Assembly: GCA_964585785.1 (NCBI GenBank)
Contig: CAZPFL010000005.1
Coordinates: 1-55,856, forward strand
Length of the DNA stretch: 55,856 bases
Source of the DNA: an uncultured Rhodospirillaceae bacterium
GTDB taxonomy: Bacteria > Pseudomonadota > Alphaproteobacteria > UBA8366
Direction of reading: 5' to 3'
Part shown: positions 20,428-32,665 of the stretch, in pieces
Layout of the letters: each line of letters begins with the position of its first letter
Numbering within the stretch: the stretch's first letter is position 1
Program-made: the position numbers and the translations under genes
Notes under the pieces: model-generated
The model's database searches: none
Seen by the model: only the letters and a program-made list of their open reading frames with translations
Told to the model about the DNA's origin: nothing

Positions 20428-21657
20428 ATGGTACAGCCCGGACGGCGCAAGCGGGTGCTCGTCTACAGCCACGATTCCTTCGGTCTCGGCCATCTCAGGC
20501 GCTGCCGGGCGATCGCGCAGGGGCTCGTCGCCGCGGACCCGGAGGTATCGGTCCTGATCCTCTCCGGCTCCCCGATCATCGGCCGCTTCGATTTCGGCGA
20601 GCGCATCGATTTCGTTCGCATTCCCGGCATCATCAAGCTCGAAAACGGCGAATACACGACGCTGGCGCTTGGCACCGACCTCGAACAGACGCTGGCGATG
20701 CGCGAGGCGATCATCCGTCATACCGCGCTCGCCTACGACCCTGACCTCTTCATCGTCGACAAGGAGCCGCTCGGTCTTCGCGGCGAAGTGCGCGAGACGC
20801 TCATGCTGCTGCGCGGCCGCGGCTGTCCCGTCGCGCTTGGTCTGCGCGACGTACTGGACGACCCGGCGATGCTGTCGGACGAATGGCAGCGCAAAGGCGC
20901 CGACGCGGCGCTCGCCGAGCTGTATGACGAGATCTGGGTCTACGGCCTGCCGCAGATCTGCGATCCGCTGGATGGGCTGCAGTTGCCGCTGTCGGTGCGG
21001 CGCAAAACGGCATTTACCGGATACATCCGCCGCTCGCTGCCGTCGCCGGCAATCCCCGCGAACAACGCGGCGGCACATGTCTTCGGCGAAGACGAGCCTT
21101 TTCTGCTGGTTACCGCCGGCGGCGGCGGCGACGGCGACGCCATGCTGGATTGGGTCCTGCGTGCCTACGAGTCCGGCGCCGCGCTGCCCTGCCGGCCGCT
21201 CTTCGTGCTTGGGCCGTTCATGCCGGCCGACCGCCAGCAGCATCTGCGGAGCCGTATCCAGGCGGTGCCCGGCGCCGGCGCGATCACCTTCGACGCCTAC
21301 CTCGAGACGTTGATCGACCGCGCTACCGCGGTCGTGACCATGGGCGGGTACAACACCTTCTGCGAAGTGCTGTCCTTCGACAAGCCGGCGCTGATCGTGC
21401 CGCGCGAGCGGCCGCGGCAGGAACAGCGCATCCGCGCCGAACAGGCGGCCGCGCTCGGCCTCGCCACGATGCTGCGCGCAACAGGCCCGCTCGATGCAGC
21501 GACGATGGTCACCGCGCTCCGCCAGCTCAGCCAGCAACCGCCGCCGTCGCAGAGCGTCGTGCCGGGGCTGCTGGACGGGCTGGACAATGTGCAGCGGTTG
21601 GCGCGCCGGATCATGAGCCGCCCGACCGGCGCGCTCGTCGCCATCGCGGGTACCTGA
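20428..21657 (+). CDS. Predicted GT-B glycosyltransferase (COG4671 / GT28-C-like)
   Basis: VLVYSHDSFGLGHLRR, LLVTAGGGGDG, MGGYNTFCE, VPRERPRQEQRIRA. Confidence 0.88.
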   Translation: MVQPGRRKRVLVYSHDSFGLGHLRRCRAIAQGLVAADPEVSVLILSGSPIIGRFDFGERIDFVRIPGIIKLENGEYTTLALGTDLEQTLAMREAIIRHTALAYDPDLFIVDKEPLGLRGEVRETLMLLRGRGCPVALGLRDVLDDPAMLSDEWQRKGADAALAELYDEIWVYGLPQICDPLDGLQLPLSVRRKTAFTGYIRRSLPSPAIPANNAAAHVFGEDEPFLLVTAGGGGDGDAMLDWVLRAYESGAALPCRPLFVLGPFMPADRQQHLRSRIQAVPGAGAITFDAYLETLIDRATAVVTMGGYNTFCEVLSFDKPALIVPRERPRQEQRIRAEQAAALGLATMLRATGPLDAATMVTALRQLSQQPPPSQSVVPGLLDGLDNVQRLARRIMSRPTGALVAIAGT

Positions 21658-21670
21658 GGCGGAGCGCGTC

Positions 21671-22930
21671 GTGATGACCGTTGCGATCGTCGTCAAAGGC
21701 TACCCCCGGCTCTCGGAAACCTTCATCGCGCAGGAAATCCGGGGGCTGGAAAAGCGCGGCCTCGACCTCAGGATCGTGTCGCTGCGCCATCCGACCGATC
21801 CGGCGCGCCACCCGGTCCACGACGAGATCGCCGCGCCGGTCACCTATCTTCCGGAATACCTCTGGCAGGAGCCGCTGCGCTGTTTTCGCGCCTGGCGCCG
21901 CGCGCGGAAGATGCCTGGCTACCGCGCCGCGCGCGCCGCTTTCCTCGCCGACCTCCGCCGCGATCCGACGCCGAACCGCGTCCGGCGCTTCGGTCAGGCC
22001 TGCGTCCTCGCCGCCGAGCTGGACGGACGCATCGACTGGCTGCATGCGCATTTCCTGCACACGCCCGGCTCGGTCGCCCGCTATGCCGCCCGCCTGCAGG
22101 GCCTTCCTATCAGCCTGTCCGGCCACGCCAAGGACATCTGGACCACGCCGGACTGGGATCTCGCGGCGAAGCTGCGGGACGCCGCCTGGACCGTCACCTG
22201 CAGCGAGGCCGCCGCCGCGCGGCTGCGCGCGCTTGCGCCGGGGAAGACCGTCGAGGTGATGTATCACGGCCTCGACCTGACGCGCTTTTCCCCCAACGAC
22301 CCGCCGATCGCGCCGCGTGACGGCAGCGACCCGAATGACCCGGTCCGGCTCATCGTCGTCAGCCGCGCGGTCGAGAAGAAAGGCCTCGACCTGCTGCTCG
22401 CCGCCCTGGCGACGCAGCCCCCGGCCGTGGCCTGGCGCCTTACCCATGTCGGCGGCGGCCCCGACCTGCCGGCGCTGCGCCGGCAGGCGGCAGAGCTCGG
22501 CATCGCGGAGCGGATCGCCTGGCTCGGCGCACAGCCGCAAACCCGGGTTCTCGCCGCGTTGCGGCAGGCGGAACTGTTCGTTCTGCCGTCGCGGATCGCG
22601 GCGAGCGGCGACCGCGACGGCCTGCCCAATGTGCTGATGGAAGCCCAGAGCCAGGCATTGCCCGTGGTGGCGACGCGGCTGTCCGCGATCCCCGAGCTGG
22701 TCCTCGACGGCGAGACGGGGCTCCTCGTCCCGCCGGACGACACGGACGCACTGGCGGACGCGCTCCGACGGCTGATCGGCGACCCCCGGCTGCGCAACGC
22801 CCTCGGCCGGGCCGGGGCGCAGCGTGTCCGCGCCCACTTCGACTGCGAGCCCTGGCTCGACCAACTGGCGGCGCGCCTCGAGCCGTCCTTGCGCACGGCC
22901 GGCCAGCGTAACGGTGCGAGGGCTGCCTGA
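21671..22930 (+). CDS. Glycosyltransferase family 4
   Basis: KGYPRLSETFIAQEI, HAHFLH, SRAVEKKG, DGLPNVLMEA. Confidence 0.92.
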   Translation: MMTVAIVVKGYPRLSETFIAQEIRGLEKRGLDLRIVSLRHPTDPARHPVHDEIAAPVTYLPEYLWQEPLRCFRAWRRARKMPGYRAARAAFLADLRRDPTPNRVRRFGQACVLAAELDGRIDWLHAHFLHTPGSVARYAARLQGLPISLSGHAKDIWTTPDWDLAAKLRDAAWTVTCSEAAAARLRALAPGKTVEVMYHGLDLTRFSPNDPPIAPRDGSDPNDPVRLIVVSRAVEKKGLDLLLAALATQPPAVAWRLTHVGGGPDLPALRRQAAELGIAERIAWLGAQPQTRVLAALRQAELFVLPSRIAASGDRDGLPNVLMEAQSQALPVVATRLSAIPELVLDGETGLLVPPDDTDALADALRRLIGDPRLRNALGRAGAQRVRAHFDCEPWLDQLAARLEPSLRTAGQRNGARAA

Positions 22931-24054
22931 TGCATGTTGCGTTCTATGCCCCGATGAAGCCGCCGGACCACCCGGTACCATCGGGCGACCGGCGCATGGC
23001 GCAGCTGCTGGTCCGCGCGCTGCGGATGGGTGGCCATCGCGTCTCGCTCGCTTCGCGCTTTCGCAGCTATGACGGCACCGGCGACGCAGGCGCGCAGCGG
23101 CGCATCCACACGGCGGCACGGCGCATCGCCGCGCGCTATGCGGCGCGACGACGGCGGGATCCGCCCGACTTGTGGTTCACCTATCACTGCTACCACAAGG
23201 CGCCCGACCACATCGGTCCGCGGGTCGCGGACGCGCTTGGCATTCCTTTGGTGATCGCCGACGCGAGCGTCGCGCCGAAACAGGCCGGCGGCCCGTGGGC
23301 GACGGGCTATGCGGCGGCGAACGCGGCGGTGCGGCGCGCCGACCGGATCATCGCCTTCGATCCGCTCGACGTTCCCTGCGTCACCGCCCTGCGCGCGGGA
23401 CAAACGCCGGTTACGACGCTGCCGCCCCTGGCCGATCCTTCGCCGGCTAAGAATGAAGCCCACAGCGCGGCCCGGCGCCAACTAGCGGCGGCGCTCGGCC
23501 TCGATCTATCCCTGCCCTGGCTCGCCGTGACGGCGATGATGCGCCCCGGCGCGAAATGTCTTTCCTACGAGGTCCTTGCGCGCGCGATGCGACGCATTGC
23601 CGACCGGCCCTGGGCGCTGCTCGTCGCGGGCGACGGCCCGGCCCGGCCCGCGGTCGAGGCGTCTTTCGCCAGACTTGATCGCGTGCGCTTCCTTGGCCAG
23701 CTCGACGAAGCGGCCGTGCGCCGCCTGCACCTTGCGGCGGATCTCACGGTCTGGCCGGCCGTCGACGAGGCGTATTGCATGGCGCTCGTCGAGGCGCAGG
23801 CCGCGGGGCTGCCAGCCGTCGCAGGCGACCGACCCGGCATTTCCGCCGTGATCGACCATGAAACGACGGGGCTGCTGACGCCCGTCGGCGACGACAGCGC
23901 CTTCGCCCGCGCCGTCGCCGCGCTGATCGACGATCCGTCGCGGCGCCAGGCCCTGGCGGCCGCCGCGGCGCGCGCCGCCCATCGTTTCGATCTCGCGCGC
24001 GCGGCGCGTCGGATCGATGCGGTGCTGGCCGACGCGCGGCAAGGCGTCCGGTGA
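22930..24054 (+). CDS. Glycosyltransferase family 4
   Basis: FYAPMKPPDHPVPSGDRRMA, EAYCMALVEAQAAGLP. Confidence 0.9.
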   Translation: MHVAFYAPMKPPDHPVPSGDRRMAQLLVRALRMGGHRVSLASRFRSYDGTGDAGAQRRIHTAARRIAARYAARRRRDPPDLWFTYHCYHKAPDHIGPRVADALGIPLVIADASVAPKQAGGPWATGYAAANAAVRRADRIIAFDPLDVPCVTALRAGQTPVTTLPPLADPSPAKNEAHSAARRQLAAALGLDLSLPWLAVTAMMRPGAKCLSYEVLARAMRRIADRPWALLVAGDGPARPAVEASFARLDRVRFLGQLDEAAVRRLHLAADLTVWPAVDEAYCMALVEAQAAGLPAVAGDRPGISAVIDHETTGLLTPVGDDSAFARAVAALIDDPSRRQALAAAAARAAHRFDLARAARRIDAVLADARQGVR

Positions 24055-24061
24055 CGCGGCC

Positions 24062-24658
24062 ATGACCAAGCTCGTGCTCATCCGCCACGGATCGACCGAC
24101 TGGAACGAAAGCCGGCTGGTCCAGGGCCGCAGCGACATCGCCTTAAGCGCCGGCGGACGCGCCGAGGTCGAGACCTGGCAACTGCCGGCCGAGTTCACGT
24201 CTTTCGATTGGGTCGCGAGTCCGCTCCGGCGCGCCCGAGAAACGGCGGAGATCCTGCGCGGCGCGCCCGTTCCGACCGACGAAAGGCTGGTCGAAATGGA
24301 CTGGGCCGATTGGGAAGGCCGCACGCTCGAGGATCTCAGGGCGGAAATCGGCCACCTGATGACCGCCTGGGAAGCGCGCGGCCTCGACTTTCGCGCCCCC
24401 GGCGGCGAGAGCCCGCGCGAGGTCCAGGCGCGGCTGCGGCCCTTCCTGGTGGAGCGCGCGCGGGCGAAACGGCCGACGGTCGCGGTCTGCCACCGGGGTG
24501 TCATCCGCGCGGTCTACGCGCTGGCGATCTCTTGGGACATGACCAGCAAGGCGCCGCGCCGGCTGGCAGACGGCTGCGCGCAGGTCTTCACGCTGGCCGA
24601 GGACGGCACGCCCAGCGTGCACGAGCTCGACCGGCCGCTCGACGCGGGATCGTCATGA
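24062..24658 (+). CDS. Histidine phosphatase (phosphoglycerate mutase family)
   Basis: LIRHGSTDWN, SPLRRARET, LVEMDWADWEG, VCHRGVIR. Confidence 0.92.
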   Translation: MTKLVLIRHGSTDWNESRLVQGRSDIALSAGGRAEVETWQLPAEFTSFDWVASPLRRARETAEILRGAPVPTDERLVEMDWADWEGRTLEDLRAEIGHLMTAWEARGLDFRAPGGESPREVQARLRPFLVERARAKRPTVAVCHRGVIRAVYALAISWDMTSKAPRRLADGCAQVFTLAEDGTPSVHELDRPLDAGSS

Positions 24659-25821
24659 CCCGGCCGCGCGTCCTGTTCTACGTGCAGCATCTGCTCGGCA
24701 TCGGCCACACCGTGCGCGCGGCACAGCTCACCCGCGCGATGCAGCGCCAAGGAATGGACGTGACGTATGTCTCTGGCGGGTTCGACGCGATCGAAACCGA
24801 CCTCGCGGGCGCGGCCGTGCTGCGTCTGCCGCCGGTACGCGCCGCCGATCCCAGCTTCAAGGCGCTGGTCGGCGCGAACGGGACGCCGGTCGACGACACC
24901 TGGCGGTCGCAGCGCCGGGCCATGCTGCTCGACGCTTTCCACGGGACCGACCCGGACCTCGTGCTGATCGAGATGTTCCCTTTCGGCCGCTGGCGTTTTC
25001 GGTTCGAATTGCTGCCGCTGCTGGATGCCGCCCATGGCCGGGCGCGCATCGTCTGCTCGTTGCGGGACGTGCTCGTCACGAAGACTGAATCCTCGCGCCT
25101 CGCAGCCATCGCGGAAGCCGTCGACCGGTATTTCGACGCCGTCCTTGTGCATGGCGACCCGTCGTTCATCCGCCTCGATGAAACCTTGCCGCTCGCCCCG
25201 GAAGTCGCCCGCAAGATCCGCTATACCGGCTATGTCGCGCCGGAATCGCCGCGCGGCGGATCGCATGCGGCAGAGGTCGTGGTGTCGGCCGGCGGCGGCG
25301 GGACCGGCGGCGTCCTGATGCGGACGGCGCTGGCCGCGCGGCCGCTGTCCGGCCAGGCCGCCGCGCCCTGGCGCTTCCTCACCGGGCCCAATCTCCCGGC
25401 GGCGGATCGGGCGGCCCTCGCGCCAGAACCCGGCGTTACGGTCGAGCCGGTGCGGAATGATTTCCGCGAGCTGCTCGAAAAGGCCGTCGTCTCGGTCAGC
25501 CAGGCCGGCTACAACACGGTGATGGACATCCTGGTCGCCCGTGCGCGCAGCGTCCTGGTGCCCTTCAGCACCCACGGCCAGACCGAGCAGGCGTTTCGCG
25601 CGCGCCGCCTTGCCGACCGGGGCTGGACGCATCTCCTCGACGAGCCGTCGCTGACGCCGGACACGCTCGCGGCCGCGATCGATCGCGCGGCCAAGGGCAT
25701 CCGGCCCGAGCCCGGCGCTCTCGACTTCGACGGCGCCCGGCGGAGCGCCACGTTCTTGGCCGCGCTCCTGGAACGGCCATCAAGCCGGAGAGCGGACCTC
25801 GATCCGCATATGTCGCTTTGA
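24655..25821 (+). CDS. Second COG4671/GT28-like glycosyltransferase
   Basis: LFYVQHLLGIGH, EMFPFGR, VSAGGGG, SQAGYNTVMD, EQAFRA; ATGA overlap. Confidence 0.88.
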   Translation: MTRPRVLFYVQHLLGIGHTVRAAQLTRAMQRQGMDVTYVSGGFDAIETDLAGAAVLRLPPVRAADPSFKALVGANGTPVDDTWRSQRRAMLLDAFHGTDPDLVLIEMFPFGRWRFRFELLPLLDAAHGRARIVCSLRDVLVTKTESSRLAAIAEAVDRYFDAVLVHGDPSFIRLDETLPLAPEVARKIRYTGYVAPESPRGGSHAAEVVVSAGGGGTGGVLMRTALAARPLSGQAAAPWRFLTGPNLPAADRAALAPEPGVTVEPVRNDFRELLEKAVVSVSQAGYNTVMDILVARARSVLVPFSTHGQTEQAFRARRLADRGWTHLLDEPSLTPDTLAAAIDRAAKGIRPEPGALDFDGARRSATFLAALLERPSSRRADLDPHMSL

Positions 25822-26067
25822 GAATGGCGTCATGCCCCATATAGTCGGCGCCACCATGGCCGAACGCGAACCCAGCGGGTGGCGGGCTTCGTCGGCATGG
25901 GCCGGAAGCAGCGTTTCATTAATCCTTCGCGGCAATCATGGCGGCGATGGGCGAAGCGTTGCGAAACGGATCAGCGGCGGCCGGAGCGAAAGCGCCGTTG
26001 CCGCGACCGATTGGTCGTGGCGATGCCGCGCGTCCAACGGCCGGACAGGAGCTGGAAACGGCAACGC

Positions 26068-26585
26068 ATGATGTATCACCGCTACCCGCTGCGCAGCCTG
26101 ATCTGGGACTATTGCCGCACCGGCGCGGGCTTGACCATTGCCCTGGTTCCCCTGCTGCTGGGCAAGCCCGGATCGGTGCTTTCCACGCTGCTCATCGTCC
26201 TTGCGTTGCTGTTCCTCGGCTACGGCCTGCGCACGGTGCGCCAGCACATGACGGCCTACGAGATCAGGCCCGACGGCATCGCCAGCTACGGACCCGTCAA
26301 GCGTTTCTTTGCCTGGGACGCGATCAAGCGCATCCATCTGCGCTATTATTCGACGGCGCGCGACAAGAATCGCCGCGATCTCAAGCACGGATGGCTTGAA
26401 TTGAAGATCACCGCGCGAACGGGCAAGCTGCGTATCGATTCGGAGGTCGACGGCTTTCCGGTGATCCTCGATGCGGTCGCCAACGCAGCGTTGGAGCGGC
26501 AGATCGATATCGACGAGACGAGCCAGGAGAATCTGAAAGCGTTTCGCGGCGCCGCGCCGGCCGTCCCGACCCAAGGCGGAGACGA

Positions 26586-26589
<4 letters not shown>
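26068..26589 (+). CDS. Hypothetical membrane protein (2 TM plus soluble beta-rich domain)
   Basis: 173 aa, two hydrophobic helices; stop overlaps the start of the ABC ATPase. Confidence 0.7.
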
Positions 26590-28492
<1,903 letters not shown>

Positions 28493-28496
<4 letters not shown>

Positions 28497-30427
28497 CGGC
28501 CGGGGTCGCCCTTCTTTTCGCGCTCGCCGCGGCGCTTGTCCTGCCGGCGGAAGCGCACGCGCGCGGTCCCTATATCGAGCCGCCGATGCTGGCCGCCGAA
28601 GTCGCGGCGGGCAAGCTGCCGCCGGTCGCCGAGCGGCTGCCGAAGGACCCGTCGGTCGCCGCCTTCGCGCGGCCGGGGCAGACGCCGGGACGCTATGGCG
28701 GAACGCTCCGGATGCTGATGGCGCAGCCGCGCGACGTGCGGCTGATGGTCGTCTACGGCTACGCCCGCCTCGTGCGCTTCAATTACAAGCTCGACATCGT
28801 GCCGGACATTCTTGAGAAGGTCGACGTCAAGGACGGCCGCATCTTCACGCTGCATCTGCGCCCCGGCCATCGCTGGTCGGACGGCGTGCCCTTCACGGCG
28901 GAAGACTTCCGCTATTATTGGGAGGACGTCGCCAACAACCCGAAGCTTTCGCCGGTCGGCCCGCCGGAGGTGATGCGCGTCGACGGCAAGCTGCCGCGTT
29001 TCCAGGTCATCGACCCGTATACCGTGCGCTACAGCTGGGACAAGCCGAACCCGGAGTTCCTTCCGGCGCTCGCCGGCGCGCGGCCGCCCTTCATTTACCG
29101 CCCGGCGCATTACTTGAAGCGGTTCCACGGGCGCTACTTCGACCCGGCGGCGCTCGACAAGCTCGCGAAGGAGCGCGGCTTCCGCGGCTGGCCGGCGCTC
29201 CACAACAAGATGGACAACCCGGACAAGAACGATAATCCCGACCTGCCGACGCTCCAGCCCTGGGTGCTGACCACCGCCATGCCGGCCGACCGTTTTATTT
29301 TCGTCCGCAATCCGTATTTCCACCGGGTCGACCCGAACGGCCGCCAGCTGCCCTACATCGACCGCGTGGTGATGGATGTGGTCGACGGCAAGATCGTGCC
29401 GGCGAAGACCGGCACCGGCGATTCCGACCTGCAGGCGCGCTATCTCCGCTTCGACAACTTCACCTTCCTGCGCAAGAACGCGAAGACGGCCGGCTTTGCC
29501 GTGTATCTCTGGCGCATCGGCCGCGGCGCGCATATGGCGCTCTATCCCAACCTCAATGTCGAGGACCCGGTCTGGCGGCACTTGCTGCGCGACGTCCGGT
29601 TCCGCCGCGCGCTGTCGCTCGCGGTCAACCGGCATGAGATCAATCGTGTGATGTATTACGGCCAGGCGATCGAGAGCCAGAACACCGTCCTGCCCGAGAG
29701 CCCGCTGTTCAAGCCGTCCTACCAGACGAGCTGGGCCTCGTTCGACCTCGCCAAGGCCAACAAGCTGCTCGACGAAATCGGTCTGACCCGCCGCGACAGC
29801 CAGGGCATCCGCCTGCTGCCGGACGGGCGACCGGCCGCCATCATCGTCGAGACGACCGGCGAAAGCTCCGAGGAATCGGACGTGCTGCAGCTCGTGCACG
29901 ACAGCTGGCTGCAGGCCGGGATAAAGCTTCTCATCAAACCGTCGCACCGCGACGTCGTGCGCAACCGCATCTACGCGGGCAAGACGGTCATGGCGCTATT
30001 CCCCGGGCTGGAAAACGGCATCGCGACCGCAGACACGAGCCCGCAGGAGCTCGCGCCGGTTCATCAGACGCAGTATCAATGGCCGAAATGGGGCCAGTAT
30101 GCGGAAACCGACGGCAAGGCCGGGCTGCCGCCCGACATGCCGGCGGCGAAGAAGCTGCTGAGTTTGCTCGACGCCTGGAACAGCGCGACGACGCGATTGG
30201 AGCGTACGCACATCTGGTCGCAGATGCTGGCCATCCACGCCGACCAGGTCTTCACCATCGGGCTGATCTCCGGCACCTTGCAGCCGGTGGTGGTCAACCG
30301 GCGCCTGCGGAACGTCCCCGAACACGGCCTGTACAACTGGGACCCGGGGGCGCATTTCGGAATCTACGAGCCCGATACCTTCTGGTTCGACACGCCGGAA
30401 CAGGTGACGGAAGGGCGCCGACCGTGA
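28493..30427 (+). CDS. ABC transporter substrate-binding protein, family 5
   Basis: Signal peptide, GKLPPVAERLP, LRPGHRWSDGVPFTAED, RNPYF..VD..G.QLPYID. Confidence 0.93.
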
Positions 30428-30484
30428 TACGCGGCGTTTCCCGTCGCGGCGATCAGGCCGGCCGATAGAACGCAGGACCGCTCG

Positions 30485-31483
30485 ATGCTCGGATACACCG
30501 TCCGGCGCGTATTGATGATGATCCCGACGCTGCTCGCGATCAGCGCGATCGTCTTCGTCATCATCCAGCTGCCGCCCGGCGATTATTTCACCTCCTACCT
30601 GAATGAGTTGCAGAGCCGCGGCGAGTCGGTTGATCCGAACAAGATCGCCTTCTTGAAAGAGCAATATGGCTTCGACAAGCCGCTCTACCAGCAATATCTC
30701 TACTGGGTTGGCGGGCTGCTGCACGGCGACATGGGCTATTCCTTCGAGTACGATCTGCCGGTACGCACGGTCGTCGGCGACAGGCTGCTGCTCACCTTCG
30801 TCGTCTCGTTCACGACGATCCTCTTCACCTGGCTCGTCGCATTTCCGATCGGCGTCTACACCGCGGTCCGGCAATACAGCGTCAGCGATTATTCCCTCAC
30901 CTTCCTCGGCTTCATCGGCCTGGCGACGCCGAATTTCTTGCTGGCGCTGGTGTTGCAATATCTCGCGCATGTCTGGTTCGGCGCCTCGATCGGCGGGCTG
31001 ATGGACGCGCAGTATATCGACGCGAGCTGGAGCTGGGCGAAAGTAGGCTCGGTTTTGGCGCATCTCTGGATTCCGGTCATCGTCATCGGCACCTCCGGCA
31101 CCGCGGGCATGATCCGGCGCCTGCGCGCCAACCTGCTCGACGAGCTGCAGAAGCAATATGTCGTGACCGCGCACGCCAAGGGCATGCCGCCGCTGCGCGC
31201 GCTCTTGAAATATCCGCTTCGCATGGCGCTCAACCCGTTCATCGCCGACATCGGCAATCTTCTGCCGCAGGTGATTTCCGGCGCGGCGATCGTATCGGTC
31301 GTGCTGTCGCTGCCGACGACCGGGCCGATGCTGCTGCGCGCGCTGCAGAGTCAGGACATGTATCTCGCGGGCAGCTTCCTGATGTTCCTCGCCACGCTCA
31401 CGGTGATCGGCACGCTGCTGTCCGATCTCGCGCTGGCGGCGCTCGATCCGCGCATTCGGTTCACCGGACAGGCGGCGTCATGA
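30485..31483 (+). CDS. ABC importer permease (DppB/OppB-like)
   Basis: QLPPGDY, GDMGYSF, EAA-like loop YVVTAHAKG, LDPRIR. Confidence 0.94.
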   Translation: MLGYTVRRVLMMIPTLLAISAIVFVIIQLPPGDYFTSYLNELQSRGESVDPNKIAFLKEQYGFDKPLYQQYLYWVGGLLHGDMGYSFEYDLPVRTVVGDRLLLTFVVSFTTILFTWLVAFPIGVYTAVRQYSVSDYSLTFLGFIGLATPNFLLALVLQYLAHVWFGASIGGLMDAQYIDASWSWAKVGSVLAHLWIPVIVIGTSGTAGMIRRLRANLLDELQKQYVVTAHAKGMPPLRALLKYPLRMALNPFIADIGNLLPQVISGAAIVSVVLSLPTTGPMLLRALQSQDMYLAGSFLMFLATLTVIGTLLSDLALAALDPRIRFTGQAAS

Positions 31484-32658
31484 ACGACGCGTCGGACCCG
31501 CTGCCGCACTACGTCAACCGCGCGCCCTACGACCCGGATGCGGCGGAGCCGATGAGCGCGGCGCAGCGCCGCTTCTACAGCGCGTCGCAATGGACGCTGA
31601 TGTGGTGGAAGCTGCGGCGCCACCGGGTCGCCGTCGTGTCGGGCGCCTTTCTGCTTCTGCTCTATCTCGCCGCGGCCTTCGCGGAGGTTATCGCGCCCTA
31701 CGACCTGCAATCACGGCACACCGAGTACCTCTTCGCGCCGCCGCAGCGCGTTCACCTGTTTCACGATGGCGCGCTCACCGGTCCTTACGTCTACGGCCTG
31801 TCGGTGCGGCTCGACCTCGACAACATGCGCTGGGTCTATTCCGAGGATCGCACGCAGATCCACCGGCTGCGCTTTTTCTGCACCGCGGATGATTATCCCG
31901 GCGCGCGCTACAGCTTCTGGAACCTGTTCGAGACGTCTTTCCATTTGGTCTGCCCGGCGCCCGGCGGACAGCTCTTCCTGCTCGGCACCGACCGGCTCGG
32001 CCGCGACATGTTCTCGCGCATCGTCTATGGCGCGCGCATCTCGCTGACCATCGGTCTTCTCGGCATCTCCATCAGCCTGCTGCTCGGCGTCGTCATCGGC
32101 GGTATCGCCGGTTACTGGGGCGGCATTGTCGACATCTTGGTGCAGCGCTTGATCGAGGTGGTCCGCTCCTTTCCCGAGCTGCCGCTGTGGATGGCGCTCT
32201 CGGCGATCCTGCCGGTCACCTGGAGCCCGATCGCCGTCTATCTCGGCATCACCGTCATCCTGGGCCTGCTCGACTGGCCGGGTCTGGCGCGCGCGGTCCG
32301 CTCGAAGCTGCTCGCGCTGCGCGAGGAGGATTTCTGTCTCGCCGCGCAGCTCATGGGGGCGAGCCCGCCGCGCATCATCTTCCGTCATCTGCTGCCAAGC
32401 TTCTCGAGTCATCTGATCGCTTCGGCGACACTGTCGATCCCGTCGATGATCCTGGCGGAGACGGCGCTCAGCTTTCTCGGTCTCGGCCTCCGCCCGCCGA
32501 TCACGAGCTGGGGCGTCCTGCTGAACGAGGCGCAGAACATCAACGTCGTCGCGCTCTACCCCTGGCTCATGCTGCCGGTCGTTCCGGTCATTTTGGTGGT
32601 GCTGGCGTTCCAGTTCCTGGGCGACGGGTTGCGCGACGCGGCCGACCCGTATCGCTAA
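31480..32658 (+). CDS. ABC importer permease (DppC/OppC-like)
   Basis: LGTDRLGRDMFSR, AAQLMGAS, ETALSFLGLG, GDGLRDAADP. Confidence 0.94.
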   Translation: MNDASDPLPHYVNRAPYDPDAAEPMSAAQRRFYSASQWTLMWWKLRRHRVAVVSGAFLLLLYLAAAFAEVIAPYDLQSRHTEYLFAPPQRVHLFHDGALTGPYVYGLSVRLDLDNMRWVYSEDRTQIHRLRFFCTADDYPGARYSFWNLFETSFHLVCPAPGGQLFLLGTDRLGRDMFSRIVYGARISLTIGLLGISISLLLGVVIGGIAGYWGGIVDILVQRLIEVVRSFPELPLWMALSAILPVTWSPIAVYLGITVILGLLDWPGLARAVRSKLLALREEDFCLAAQLMGASPPRIIFRHLLPSFSSHLIASATLSIPSMILAETALSFLGLGLRPPITSWGVLLNEAQNINVVALYPWLMLPVVPVILVVLAFQFLGDGLRDAADPYR

Positions 32659-32665
32659 CGCACGG

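Noticed and set aside
20428-25821. Classical EPS/capsule or O-antigen locus
   Set aside because: No priming GT, flippase, polymerase, Wza/Wzc or nucleotide-sugar synthesis genes
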